From positions 80,390 to 144,389 of the forward strand of contig CAVVDA010000005.1 in assembly GCA_963746875.1 (NCBI GenBank): DNA of 64,000 bases, written 5' to 3'. The position numbers and the translations under genes were made by a program. Every line of letters starts with the position of its first letter. Position 1 is the first letter of the stretch. The notes below the pieces were generated by a model. That model saw nothing but the letters and a program-made list of their open reading frames with translations, had not been told where the DNA came from and searched no databases. The stretch comes from Thermoanaerobaculia bacterium (GTDB lineage: Bacteria > Acidobacteriota > Thermoanaerobaculia > UBA5066). This document shows, in pieces, positions 39,127 to 49,762 of this stretch.

Positions 39127-40040
39127 TCAAAGAGGGGGTTCATCTTCTCCCGGAACGCCGCGCGCCGCCGCGGGGCCCCTCAGCTTCTCGACCATCTCCT
39201 CGAGCGTCCGGATCAGCTCGCGCACGACGTCGAGTCCGCGGCCCCGGTCGAGCTCCAGCGAGAGCCGATCCGATAGGGACGGTCGATCGTCGACGTCTCC
39301 GGGCGCCGCCGCCGCGGCCTCGGCCTCCTGCTTCACTTTCGTGCAGAGGATCTGAAGGCTGCGCTTCTCGTCGCCCTTCGAGAGCGCCTGGAAGGCCCCG
39401 CTGTGGGTCGAGACGTTCGGGATGGCCTGGCCGGTGGCGCGCGGGAATCGCCGGAAGAGGCGCGGGAGCCGGGACCTGGGGCGCGGCCCGGGCCGCCCCG
39501 CGCGCTTTGCCGATCTCGACGAGCTCGGCCGTGACGAGGCCGTAGAGGGTCTTGGCGATGTCGAACGACGAGATCCGAAGGGCCCGGGCGATCTCGTCGA
39601 TCGAGCGGCTTGCCGTCCGCCTTCGTCACGACCTTCCATTCGAGCGGCGTCAGCGTGACGGGTCCGTTCGCGCCCTCGCGGGCGACGAGGACGGGAACCG
39701 AGTCGGTCCCGGGGATCTTCTTCGAGAGGATCTTCCACTCGTCGCTCCGGCGCGCCGCTTCGAGCAGGAGATTCGTGTTCGAGCGGCTGATCGTGCGGGC
39801 TTCGCTCTCGACGCCCGGCGAGAACTGGAACGAGCCCTGGCTCCACAGCGCGAGCGCGTAGATCGCGTCCTCGCCTTCGACTTCGCCGAGCTTGGCGTGC
39901 GTGATCTGCCCGTTCTGGAGGTAGACGTAGCCCTTCTCGGAGGCACGCGTCATCGAGAACATGCCCGTCTTTCCGGAGACGGCCACGAGCTGGACGATAT
40001 CGGAGAGCGGGAGCTCGTTGAGGGAGCCTTGGAACGACAT
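39127..40040 (-). CDS. DUF4388 (PatA-N-like) domain protein with a probable winged-helix segment; at least 2 frameshifts
   Basis: ORF 39333..40040 (MSFQGSLNELPLSDIVQLVAVSGKTGMFSM, GYVYLQNGQITHAKLG, GEDAIYALALWSQGSFQF). Then KRSIDEIARALRISSFDIAKTLYGLVTAELVEI in another frame. Then the tail of ORF 39127..40125. Confidence 0.65.
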
Positions 40041-40169
40041 CGGGCGCTTTCACGATAGCACTGGCGTTTCTCGATCGGTGAAGGGGGTCGGGGGGAAACA
40101 CGACCGTGTTTCCCCCATCGGCCAACAGATGCTAGCGCGCCCTCCCGGGGCGTGCGAAGCACGCGGCGC

Positions 40170-40708
40170 GCGCAGTCAGCCGGCCGGGCGCCTCCTGACT
40201 CCCGCGGAGAAGCGCGTCGCCCGGGGGCCGCCGCGAAGCTCGCGCCGCGCCGCGCGGCGACGAAGCCGTGGGCGAGGGCGGCGGCCGCGGCATCGGCGGC
40301 GTCGAGCGCGAGGCGCCGCCCGAGGAGAGCGCCGACCATGCGGCGCACCTGCTCCTTCTCGGCGCTGCCGGACCCGGCCACGGCGCGCTTGATCTCGGCG
40401 GGCGTCACCTCGGCGGTCGGGATGCCGGCCTGGGCGAGCGCGAGAAGCAGAACGCCGCGCGCCTCTCCGAGGGCGATGAGGCTCTGGGGATTCACGCCGG
40501 AAAAGACGCGCTCGACGGCGGCCGCGTCGGGCCGACTCGCCGCGATCACCTCGGCGAGCGCGGCGTGGAGGTATGCGAGGCGCTCGGCGAACGTGCCGGT
40601 CCGGGGCGGTCGGAGGACCCCGGCGTCGACGAGAGCGGGCGCGCGGGCGAAATCGACGACGGCCCAGCCTGCCGCCCGGCTTCCGGGGTCGACCCCGAGG
40701 ATTTTCAT
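40170..40708 (-). CDS. ruvC: Holliday junction resolvase RuvC; 3' end uncertain
   Basis: In ORF 39950..41446 from ATG 40708. MKILGVDPGSRAAGWAVV, ERVFSGVNPQSLIALGEARGV, TPAEIKRAVAGSGSAEKEQV, DAADAAAAALAH. The ORF stays open past a normal RuvC length. Confidence 0.8.
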
Positions 40709-40722
40709 CGCGCTTTCGGGAT

Positions 40723-41463
40723 CTACTCCGTCAGGTACTTTTCGTCGATGTCGCCGTTCGACCAGACTTTCTGGACGTCCTCGTTGTCCTCGATCATCTC
40801 GAGGAGCTTCAGGAGCGCGGGGGCCTTTTCTCCGACGTCGATCGTGTTCTGCGGAACCATCTGGATCTCCGCCGTCTGGATCGGAATGCTCTTGCCCTCG
40901 ACGACGGCCTTGACGGCTTCGAACGACGCGGGGTCCGTGACGATCTCGAAGACCTCCGCGTCGTCCGCCTTGAAGTCCTCGGCGCCCGACTCGAGCGCCA
41001 GCTCCATGAGGACGTCTTCCTTCGCGGCGCCCTTCTCGACGGCGATGACCCCTTTCTTCGAGAACTGGAACGCCACCGCGCCGGCCGCGGCCATGTTGCC
41101 GCCGTACTTCGTGAGCAGGTGGCGGATCTCGGCGGTCGTGCGGTTCTTGTTGTCCGTCATCGCCTCGATGAGGATCGCGGCGCCGCCCGGCCCGTAGCCT
41201 TCGTAGGTGATCTCCTCGTACGTCACGCCCTCGAGCTCGCCCGTGCCGCGCTTGATCGCTCTGTCGATGTTGTCCGACGGCATCGACGCCTTTTTCGCGG
41301 CGAGGACCGCCGAGCGCAGGCGCGGATTCGACTCGATGATGCCGCCCCCCACCTTCGCGGACATCGTGATTTCCTTGATCAGCTTCGTGAAGAGGTTCCC
41401 GCGCTTGGCGTCGGCGGCGCCCTTCTTGTGCTTGATCGTGCTCCACTTACTGTGACCGGACAT
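40723..41463 (-). CDS. yebC: YebC/PmpR-family transcriptional regulator
   Basis: Intact ORF 40723..41463. MSGHSKWSTIKHKKGAADAKRGNLFTKLIKEI and EITYEGYGPGGAAILIEAMTDNKNRT. Confidence 0.9.
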   Translation of the reverse strand: MSGHSKWSTIKHKKGAADAKRGNLFTKLIKEITMSAKVGGGIIESNPRLRSAVLAAKKASMPSDNIDRAIKRGTGELEGVTYEEITYEGYGPGGAAILIEAMTDNKNRTTAEIRHLLTKYGGNMAAAGAVAFQFSKKGVIAVEKGAAKEDVLMELALESGAEDFKADDAEVFEIVTDPASFEAVKAVVEGKSIPIQTAEIQMVPQNTIDVGEKAPALLKLLEMIEDNEDVQKVWSNGDIDEKYLTE

Positions 41464-41495
41464 GGCTCACCTCTGGGGTCTTCGGGCCGCGAAGT

Positions 41496-42849
41496 CTAAC
41501 AGGGATGCGCCTCCAGGCGGCCCTCCGGTCCGGTCGGCAGGAGGCGCACGCGGAGGCGGCGGCCCGGTGCGCTCTCACCCGGCGGAAGGCGAAGTCCCAC
41601 GTCGAGATAGTGATCCGTGAGGCCCCGGTTTCCGCGCAGCGTCACGACTTCGGCCGTCGTCCCCGACGCGCGCGAAGCGAAGGCGCGGGCCTTGTCCTCG
41701 CCGAGACGGCGCAGGGCGCGCGTTCGCTCCGTGACGACCCGGGGCGGAACGGGATTCGCCTGATGCCAGGCCGCGGCGTCGGTGTGAGAGCGCGGCGAGA
41801 ACGGGAACACGTGGAGCGAGGCGAAGGGCAGCTCCTCCACGAAGCGCCGCGTCTCGTCGAACTCGGCGTCCGTCTCGCCGGGAAAGCCCGCGATGAGGTC
41901 CGTCGCGAGGTGGAGACGCGGGTTCGAACGCACCGCGCGCGCCGCGAGCGCGCGATAGCGCTCCGGCACGATGCCGCGGCGCATCCGCTTGAGGACGCCG
42001 AACGAGCCCGACTGCAGCGGCAGGTGCAGGTGCGGGACCACGACGCGCGAGGTCGCGACGAGATCGACGAGGGCCTCGCCGGCCTCCATGGGCTCGAGCG
42101 AGGAGAGCCGGACCCGGCATGCGGGCGGGTCGTCTTCGAGCCGCGCAAGGAGGTCGACGAGCCGCGTTCCGCGGTCGCGGCCGAACGCCGCGAGGTGGAT
42201 CCCCGCGAGGACGACCTCGGGCACGCCGGCGTCTCCGAGGCGCCGAACGGCGTCGACGACGTCCTCGATCCGGGCGCTGCGCTCCTTCCCGCGCAGAGAC
42301 GGCACGACGCAGAATGCGCATCGGCGTTCGCAGCCGTCCTGAATCTTCAGGAAGGCGCGCGTCCGGTCCGGGTCGAGGAGCGCTTCCGGCGGCCTGTCCC
42401 AGGCGGGCATCGCGAAGAGCGCGGCGCGTGCCGCCGTCCCGGTCGTGACGATCCGCTCGGGGAGGAGGCCGGCCTCGTGGGCGTCGAGGATCTCGGGCAG
42501 CGCGTCGCGCGCGGCGAGAGAGACGACGAGATCGACCTCCGGCATCCCGGCGAGCGATTCGCCGCCCTTCTCGGCGAGGCAGCCGGAGACGACGAGCGTC
42601 GCGCGGGGGTTCTCGCGCCTGAGGCGGCGCACGAGACGCCGGCCGTCGCGCTCGGCGCGATCCGTGACGGCGCAGCCGTGCACGAGAAGGACGTCCGCCG
42701 CAGCGGGCCCGGCCGCCTGCACCTCGTCGCACGCAAGTCCGGCGAGGCGCGCCGCCGCCGCGGCGTCGATCCGGCTGACCTTGCAGCCGAGCGGCGCGGC
42801 GAAGACGCGGCGCGCGTCGGCGCGTCCCGTTCGTTGACACGGCGGTCAC
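41496..42849 (-). CDS. mtaB: tRNA methylthiotransferase, MtaB-like radical SAM enzyme; frameshift near 42810
   Basis: ORF 41496..42722 (FLKIQDGCERRCAFCVVP radical-SAM cluster, HLHLPLQSGS, TDLIAGFPGET, TRAM-like tail). An in-frame extension without Met gives RVFAAPLGCKVSRIDAAAAA. GTG 42849 (ORF 41575..42849) lies 7 nt after TATTAT. Confidence 0.8.
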
Positions 42850-42855
42850 CCCGAC

Positions 42856-42862
42856 GATAATA
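42856..42862. promoter_or_regulatory. Overlapping back-to-back -10-like boxes GATAAT (plus) / TATTAT (minus)
   Basis: Sequence is GATAATA, in the 75-bp divergent spacer between mtaB and the receiver/kinase gene. The minus-strand box is 7 nt from GTG 42849. Confidence 0.35.
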
Positions 42863-42924
42863 GATTCTTCCGAAAGGAGTTGTGCACGCGGCGGAGGCCT
42901 CGCCCTCCGCCCTCAAAGCCCGGC

Positions 42925-45900
42925 ATGAAATTGCTGCTGATCGAATACGAGCCGCGCTATCTCGAGCGGATCCGCCATTACCTGGCGAGCCAGTCGCAGA
43001 CCGTCGAGCTCGTCATCGCGCGCGACGGCGAGGAAGGGCTCGAGCTGTACCGAAAATCGCGCCCGATCTCGTGCTCATCTCCTCGGTGCTTCCCAAAGTC
43101 CGCACGCCCGACGTGATCAAGGGCATGCAGGCCACGGGCCCGACGCCGCCCATCCTCCTCATGATGTCCGGCTACAAGGGTCGCAACAAGCGCGCGGACG
43201 CGCAGCGCGTCGGCGCGACGAGCATTCTCGAGAAGCCGTTCTCCGAGGACGTCTTTCAGGCGGAGGTCGCGATGGCGCTGGGCCTGAGGCCCGGCATCGA
43301 GATGCCGTCTTCGCCGGGTCCGCCGAGCAATCCGGGCACCCCGCTCCTCTCGGCCGACGACATCTTCTCGGACGTCCTGACGGGGCTCGACGACGAGCCG
43401 CCGCGCGAAGCCCGTTTCCCGCGAGCTGCCGTCGCCGGTCTCGGTCGAAAAACGCCTTCACGACACGCTCTCGGGACTCCTGCCGCCGAAGAAGCCGGCG
43501 AGCGGATCCTCCCCGCCGTTTCCCCCGGCCTCGCGGCCCGAACGGCCCGCCGAGCGCACCGCGCGCGTGAACGTCGCCGAGGCGATGGCGAGCCTCGCCG
43601 CGCGCCCGCAGCAGACGCCGCGCTCCGGCGAGTCCCAGGCCCGGAGCATTTCCTCCGTCGACAAGCTTCTCAGCGACACGCTCTCGGGGATCATGCCCCC
43701 GCCGAAGACGACCGCTCCCGCGCCGCCCGCGCGCCCGCGGGAGATCTCGCGCGAGGTCTCGGGCGAGACGGCTGCGGACGAAGGTGTCCCCGATCCCGCC
43801 GCCCGTTCCGCCCGCGCCGCCGCCGATGACGCGGCCGGTCGACACGACACGTCCGGTCGCCGACCGGACGTCCCGCCTCGTCGCCGGGCGCGTTCGGGCG
43901 CTACCAGCTCCTCGAGAAGATCGGCGCGGGCGGCATGGCCGAGGTCTTCAAGGCGCGCATGAAAGGCGAGCAGGGCTTCGAGAAGATCGTCGCGATCAAG
44001 CGCATCGTGCCGCACATGGCGACGAACGCCGAATTCGTGACGATGTTCGTCGACGAGGCGAAGCTCGCGGCCCAGCTCAACCACAACAACATCACGCACA
44101 TCTACGATCTCGGGAAGGTCGACGCCTGGCACTACATCGCCATGGAGTACGTCGAGGGCAAGGACCTGCGCACGCTCCTGAAGCTCGCGAAGGAGAGGGG
44201 CTTCCCGCTGCCCGCCGAGCTCGCGCTCTTCATCGCCGCGAAGATCGCGAACGCTCTCGACTACGCGCACCGCCGGCCGGCCGCCGGACGGCAGCGAGCT
44301 CAACCTCGTGCACCGCGACGTCTCGCCGCAGAACATCCTCATCAGCGACGAAGGCGACATCAAGCTCTGCGACTTCGGCATCGCGAAGGCCGCGAGCAAG
44401 GTCTCGACGACGATGTCGGGCGCTCTGAAGGGAAAGCTGCAGTACATGTCGCCCGAGCAGGCCTGGGGCAAGAGACTCGACCGCCGGAGCGACATCTTCT
44501 CCCTCGGCTCGGTGCTCTACGAGATGCTGACGGCGGCCCCCCTCTTCGAGGGCGACACCGACATGTCCGTTCTCGAGAGCGTGCGTGAAGGCGAGGTCGC
44601 GCCTCCGACGTCCCGCGGCGCCGAGGTGCCGAAGCGCGTGGATCAGATCGTCCTCAAGGCGCTCGCGAAGAATCCGCAGGAGCGCTACCAGAACGCGTCG
44701 GAGTTCGAGAAGGACCTGCACGCGGTGCTCTACACGTACCAGCCCTCACCCGGCCCGGCGGACCTCGCGATCTACATGCACCGCCTCGTCGAGGCGCCCC
44801 AGGCGTCCGAGGACGAGATCGACGCCGCCTTCGACGCGGCCCGCGACATGCCTCGTCCGGCCGCGCCGCCGGCTCCCGCTCCCGAGGCTCCTCCGAAGAA
44901 AGGGAAGGGCCTCGTCATCGCGAAGGCGCACACCGGCGAGTTCACGCGGCCGTCGATCCCGGTCCCCGCGCCGCTCCCTGCAGCCGGCGGCCCGCCGCGC
45001 CGTGGGGGAGAGCGCGGCCGCGCCCGCGCTCCCCGCGGCGGGCGAGTCGAAGAAGAGCCGCGCCGGCCTCGTCGCCGGGATCGGCATCGCGGCGGCGGTG
45101 CTCGTCGCCGGCGCGCTCTTCGTGACGAAGGACCGCTGGTCGGGCGCGAAGCCGCCCGACACGGCGCCCGCGCCGAAGACGGAGGCTCCGGCGGCGAGCG
45201 CGTCCTCCGCGGCGTCCGTGGCTCCCTCGCCCGCTCTCCCCGCGGCCGAGCCGGCGAAGATCGTCGACCCGAAGGCCGTCGAGGCGGAGGCGCGGCGTCT
45301 CGCCGCCGAGCGCGAGAAGGCGCTGCGCGATGCGGCGGCCAAGCAGCTCGCCGCCGGCGGGGAAGCCCGCGACCGCGTCCGCGCAAGCCCCCGCCGTCGT
45401 GGCGCTCGCGCCCGTGAAGCCCGCCGAGCCTCCGCGCGCGGTGGACGCCGGCTCCGCGTCGGCCCCGGCGCCGAAGAGTGTCGAGCCCTCGACCGCAGCG
45501 GTCGTGCGCGCTCCGGAGCCGCGGCCCGCCGAGGCCGCCGCCGAAGCGGCTCCGAAGCCCACGCTGCCGCCGCCCGCCGAGGTTTCCGTCCCCGAAACGC
45601 CGCCCGCGATCCCCGCCGCGTCGAGCGCGCCCGTGCAGGAGGGCGACCTCGTCGGGCCCGGCGAGGGAGTTCTGGAGCCGCGGCTCGTGCGGCTCGGCAG
45701 CATGGGCAATCTCCCGCCTCAGGCGCGGCAGGTCACGCGCGCGGCCGACGGCTCCATCGGAACGCCGTTCCTCATGGCGCTCGTGGACGAGCGCGGCGCC
45801 GTCCTGGAGGTCCGGGTCATCAAGCCGTCGAGCTACAAGTTCGTCGACGAGGCCGCCGATACGCTCGTTGAAGGGTGCGACAATCCAGCCCGCGACGAAG

Positions 45901-45954
45901 GATGGCGTGAAGGTGAAGATGTGGAAGACCTTCCCCATCACCGTGAAGCCCTGA
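42925..45954 (+). CDS. Pseudo-receiver domain + linker + Hanks Ser/Thr kinase + TM + Pro/Ala-rich region + TonB-C-like domain (one fused protein or two adjacent CDSs; at least 7 frameshifts)
   Basis: Spliced from ORFs 42880, 42882, 43567, 43784, 43935, 44308, 44585, 45330 and 45478. REC-like: MKLLLIEYEPRYL, PDLVLISSVLPK, ILLMMSGY, EKPF. Kinase: FGRYQLLEKIGAGGMAEVFKA, VAIKRI, HRDVSPQNIL, DFGIAK, YMSPEQ. TM: GLVAGIGIAAAVLVAGALFV. C-terminus: FLMALVDERGAVLEVRVIKPSSYK, ATIQPATKDGVKVKMWKTFPITVKP. Confidence 0.65.
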
Positions 45955-45985
45955 TCCCGTCGAGAGGGATTTTCGAGGAGAACGC

Positions 45986-46207
45986 ATGAGCCTTTCCGAC
46001 GAACAGAGAAAGTTCTACGAGAACACGCTCAAGGTGACGAAGGTCGAGATCGACCAGCTTGAGGCGGAGATCCAGGCCGAGCTCGCGAAGGTCAAGGAAC
46101 GGCTCGCGGACCTCCAGAACGCGCAGAAGGCGGCGCGCCAGATGTACGGGGCGGCGTGCCTGAGGCTCGGAATCTCGAACGACCTCGAGGAAGCCGAGGA
46201 ACCCTGA
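45986..46207 (+). CDS. Small coiled-coil hypothetical protein
   Basis: Intact ORF 45986..46207 with a GAGGAG SD. MSLSDEQRKFYENTLKVTKVEIDQLEAEIQAELAKVKERLADLQNAQKAARQMYG has unbiased composition. Confidence 0.5.
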   Translation: MSLSDEQRKFYENTLKVTKVEIDQLEAEIQAELAKVKERLADLQNAQKAARQMYGAACLRLGISNDLEEAEEP

Positions 46208-47040
46208 GCGGACGTCTCGGTCCTCTCTCTCTCGGTCTCGCGCTTCTCGCTTCTCCGGTCCCGACCCGATCCCCGGCTCCGCCCCGGCGCGTCGTCGCGC
46301 TCGCCCCTTCCGCGGCCGAGATTCTGTTCGCGCTCGGGGCCGCGCCGCGCGTCGTCGGCGTTCCCGATTTCGCGGACGATCTCCCCGAAGCGGCGGGAAA
46401 AGCGCGCGTCGGAGGCTTCACGCCGGATCTCGAGCGCGTCGTCGCTCTCGCTCCGGATCTCGTCGTCGTCTCGAAGGACGGGACCGATCGCGCCGCGTAC
46501 GAGAAAGCTCGAGGCGCTGGGGCTCCCGGTCGTCGTGACGAGCGGAACGACGCTCGCCGGCGTCCTCGAGGACGTGGCCCGCGTGGGGCACGCGCTCGGC
46601 GAGGACGAGCCGCGCCCGGGCTCTCGTTCTCGCCCTCACGAAGCGCATCGCCGCGGCGGAGAGCTCTCGGTCGCGCCCATCCGCGGGCGCGGGCGCTCGC
46701 CCTCATCTGGCCGGATCCGCCCGTGGCGGCCGGCGCGGGCACGTTCGTCGGCGACGTCGTGAGGCGCGCAGGCTTCACGAACGTCGTGCCGGAATCCGCG
46801 GGCGAATGGCCGCGCGTCTCGTTCGAGACTCTCGCCGCGTGGAATCCCGATCTCGTGATTCGCCCCGAGACCCCGGAGAACGCCGAGGCGTTCGCGCGCG
46901 CGTTCTCCGACGCGCGCTGGCGCCTCGTCAACGCGGTGAGCGCCGGCCGCGTCGTGGTGCTGCCCGGGAGCCTTCTCGAGCGGCCGGGCCCGCGGCTCGT
47001 CGAGGCGCTCGAGCGCCTCGCGGCGGTCAACGTGCCGTGA
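46156..47040 (+). CDS. ABC transporter periplasmic binding protein, cobalamin/Fe-siderophore (BtuF/Peripla_BP_2) type; several indels near 46500-46690, start uncertain
   Basis: ORF 46156..47040 (RRVVALAPSAAEILFALGAAPRVVGV, PDLVVV, LIWPDPPVAAGAGTFVGDVV, SFETLAAWNPDLVI, LERPGPRLVEALERLA). The middle part lies in ORF 46535..46762 (LPVVVTSGTTLAGVLEDVARVGHALG). Confidence 0.7.
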   Translation: MPEARNLERPRGSRGTLSGRLGPLSLGLALLASPVPTRSPAPPRRVVALAPSAAEILFALGAAPRVVGVPDFADDLPEAAGKARVGGFTPDLERVVALAPDLVVVSKDGTDRAAYEKARGAGAPGRRDERNDARRRPRGRGPRGARARRGRAAPGLSFSPSRSASPRRRALGRAHPRARALALIWPDPPVAAGAGTFVGDVVRRAGFTNVVPESAGEWPRVSFETLAAWNPDLVIRPETPENAEAFARAFSDARWRLVNAVSAGRVVVLPGSLLERPGPRLVEALERLAAVNVP

Positions 47041-48053
47041 CGTCCCGCCGCCCGGCGCTCGTCTGGGGCATCGCTGCTCCTCGGCGTGCTCGCCGTCGCG
47101 CTCCTCGGCGTCTCTCCTCCTCGGGAAGCGTTTCACTCGCGCCCGGCGCGGTGCTCCGGGCGCTTCTCGGCGACGGCGACGCGCAGGCCGTCTCCATCGT
47201 GCGCGACCTCCGGCTCCCGCGGGCGCTTCTCGCCGTGCTCGTCGGCGGCTCGCTCGCGCTCTCGGGCGCGGCGCTGCAGGCGCTGCTCGGAAACCCTCTC
47301 GCCGACCCGTATCTCCTCGGCGTCTCCGGCGGCGCCGCGTGCGGAACGCTCGTGGGCTCGCTCCTCGGCCTCGGAGCGTCGGCGGGAGCGGCTCCGGGCG
47401 TCCTCAGCTCCCTCGCGCTGCCTCTCGCCGCGTTTCTCGGCGCCCTCGCGGCGGTGCTCGTCGTCGGGCTGGGCGCCTCCGCCGGAGGCCGGCTGGACCG
47501 CGGGCGGCTCCTTCTTTCGGGCGTCGTCGTGAACGCGCTCGCGTCGGCCGTCCTCCTCTTCCTCCTCTCCTTCGGCGACGCGTCGCGCTCGCGGACGTTC
47601 GTCTTCTGGATGCTCGGCTCGCTCGCGGGGGCCACTCCGGGCGCGGTCCTCGCCCTGTCGGTCTACGCGGCGCTCGGCCTCGCGCTCCTCCTGCCGCTCG
47701 CCCGCGCGTTCGACGCGCTCACCCTGGGGGAGGAGACCGCCGCGACGCTCGGGATCCGCGTCGAGACCGCCAAGCGCACGGCCTATCTCGCCGCCTCGCT
47801 GCTCGCCGCGGCGGCCGTGGCCTACGCCGGAATCATCGGGTTCGTGGGCCTCCTCGTGCCGCACGCCGTGCGCCGCGTCACGCGCTCGCACCGCGCGCTG
47901 CTTCTCCTCTCCTTCCTGGGAGGCGCCCTGCTCCTGGTCGTGTCGGACGTCGCCGCGCGCTCGCTCTTCGCTCCCGCGGAGATCTCGGTGGGCGCCATCA
48001 CGGCCCTCCTCGGGGCCCCGGCGTTTCTTCTCCTCCTGAGGGCGCGGCCGTGA
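47037..48053 (+). CDS. FecCD/BtuC-family ABC permease; compensating indels near 47070-47130
   Basis: ORF 46806..48053 read from GTG 47037 (GTGA overlap with the upstream stop). RLPRALLAVLVGGSLALSGAALQALLGNPLADPYLLGVSGGAA, TLGEETAATLGI, GIIGFVGLLVPH. Confidence 0.8.
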   Translation: MTSRRPALVWGIAAPRRARRRAPRRLSSSGSVSLAPGAVLRALLGDGDAQAVSIVRDLRLPRALLAVLVGGSLALSGAALQALLGNPLADPYLLGVSGGAACGTLVGSLLGLGASAGAAPGVLSSLALPLAAFLGALAAVLVVGLGASAGGRLDRGRLLLSGVVVNALASAVLLFLLSFGDASRSRTFVFWMLGSLAGATPGAVLALSVYAALGLALLLPLARAFDALTLGEETAATLGIRVETAKRTAYLAASLLAAAAVAYAGIIGFVGLLVPHAVRRVTRSHRALLLLSFLGGALLLVVSDVAARSLFAPAEISVGAITALLGAPAFLLLLRARP

Positions 48054-48839
48054 CCGCGCCGCTCGCCGTCGAGGCGCTCGCCGCGGGGTACGGCGCGCGC
48101 GACGTCCTCGCGGACGTGACGCGCACGTTCGGCGCGGGCCGCGTCACCGCGCTGCTCGGCGAGAACGGCGCGGGGAAGTCGACGCTCCTGAAGGCGCTCG
48201 CGGGCATCGTGCCCGCGCGCCGCGGAACCATCCGTCTCGGCGGGCGCCTCCTGTCCGGGATTCCGCGGCGCGAGGCGGCGCGCGCTCTCGGCTATCTTCC
48301 GCAGGGGTTCGAGCCGCTCTTCCCGATTCTCGCGCGCGATCTCGTCCTTCTGGGCCGAACGCCCGTGGCGCACGGCGTTCGGCGCGCCCTCGGCGCGAGA
48401 CCGCGCGGCCGTCGAAGCCGCGCTCGCCGAGATGGACGCCCTCGCGCTCGCCGAGACCGATCTCGGCGCGATGAGCGGCGGCGAGCGCCAGCGCGTCCTC
48501 CTCGCACGCGTCCTCGCCGGCGAGCCCGACGTCCTCCTCCTCGACGAGCCGGCCGCGAACCTCGATCCGCGCCACCGGTTCCTCGTGATCGACGCGATGC
48601 GGCGCCACGCGGACCGCGGGAGGCACGGTCGTCTTCTCGACGCACGAGCTGGACGTCGCCTCGACGGGCGCCGACGACGCGCTGCTCCTCTCCGCGCGGG
48701 CGCGTGCTCGCGGCCGGTCCGATCGTCGACACGCTCACCGAGCCCCTCCTGTCGGCCCTCTTCGGGGTCGAGGCGTGCGTCGGCGCCGGGCGCGGGCGGA
48801 CGGCCGATCGTCTCTCTCGGCCCCGCGCGGGCGCGCTAA
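48050..48839 (+). CDS. ABC transporter ATP-binding protein (FecE/BtuD type); 2-3 frameshifts
   Basis: GTG 48050 (GTGA overlap). [16 protein letters not shown] (frame of ORF 47339..49336). ORF 48432..48839 ([32 protein letters not shown]). Confidence 0.8.
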
Positions 48840-48857
48840 GATCCCCGGTTCTCGGCC

Positions 48858-49707
48858 ATGTGGTTCCGAAAGGACAAGATTCCGCGCGCTCCACGCGACC
48901 CGAAGACGAGCTCTTCGCTGGGCGAGGGCCTGTTCCTGAAATGCGAGGGGTGCCGCGAGGCGCTCTACCTGAAGGAGGTCGAGCGCAATCTCCGCGTGTG
49001 CCCGAAGTGCGGTTTTCACTTCCGGCTGCCGGCGGCCGAGCGCATGCGGCTCCTGCTCGGGGACGCGGGCGGACAGCCCCTCTTCGGCGACGTCCGGCCC
49101 ACGGACCCGCTCAAGTTCAAGGACAGCAAGCGCTATCGCGACCGCCTGAAGGAGTCCGAGGCGAAGACGGGGCGGCCGGACGCGATCCTCACGGCGAAGG
49201 GCACGATCGAGGACGTTCCGGCGATCGTCGCGATTCTCGACTACGCCTTCATGGGCGGCTCGATGGGCTCGGTCGTGGGCGAGGTCCTGACGCGCGCGGC
49301 CGAGCAGGCGCTTGCCGAGCGCGATCCCGCTCGTGATCGTGACGGCGTCCGGCGGCGCGCGCATGCAGGAGGGGATCCTCTCCCTGATGCAGATGGGAAA
49401 GGTCTCCGCGGCGCTCGCGCGCCTCGGCGCCGCGCGCGTGCCGTACGTCGCGGTCCTCACGGACCCGACGACGGGAGGCGTCACGGCGTCCTTCGCGATG
49501 CTCGGGGACGTCACGCTCGCCGAGCCGAAGGCGCTCATCGGCTTCGCGGGCCCGCGCGTCATCGAGCAGACGATCCGCCAGACGCTGCCCGAAGGTTTCC
49601 AGCGGTCCGAGTTCCTGCAGGACCACGGCTTCGTGGACATCGTCGTGCAGCGCGCCGACATGCGCGCGACGGTCGCGCGCGTGCTGCGGCTGCTCCAGAC
49701 CGGTTGA
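48858..49707 (+). CDS. accD: Acetyl-CoA carboxylase carboxyltransferase beta subunit; frameshift near 49320
   Basis: ORF 48858..49775 N-terminus (zinc ribbon [40 protein letters not shown]). ORF 49312..49707 ([44 protein letters not shown]). Confidence 0.9.
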
Positions 49708-49729
49708 TGGCTCGAGCCCGGGGAAACGC

Positions 49730-49762
49730 AGTGATTCGGATTTTCTTAGAAGGTGAATGGCG
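49730..49762. repeat. Locus D: solitary inverse core of the dispersed repeat family
   Basis: GGATTTTCTTAGAAGGTGAATGGCGG. This is near-identical to the reverse complement of the unit heads at 23451 and 23530. The predicted folC ATG (49757) lies inside it. Confidence 0.7.

Noticed and set aside
41921-41930. GGTTCGAA (T-loop-like) as a sign of a tRNA gene
   Set aside because: It lies inside the conserved mtaB coding sequence, and no acceptor or anticodon stems can be built around it.
45955-46260. Cobalamin riboswitch upstream of the BtuF-like ABC importer
   Set aside because: The region is occupied by a well-formed small coiled-coil ORF with its own SD. I saw no B12-box-like sequence.
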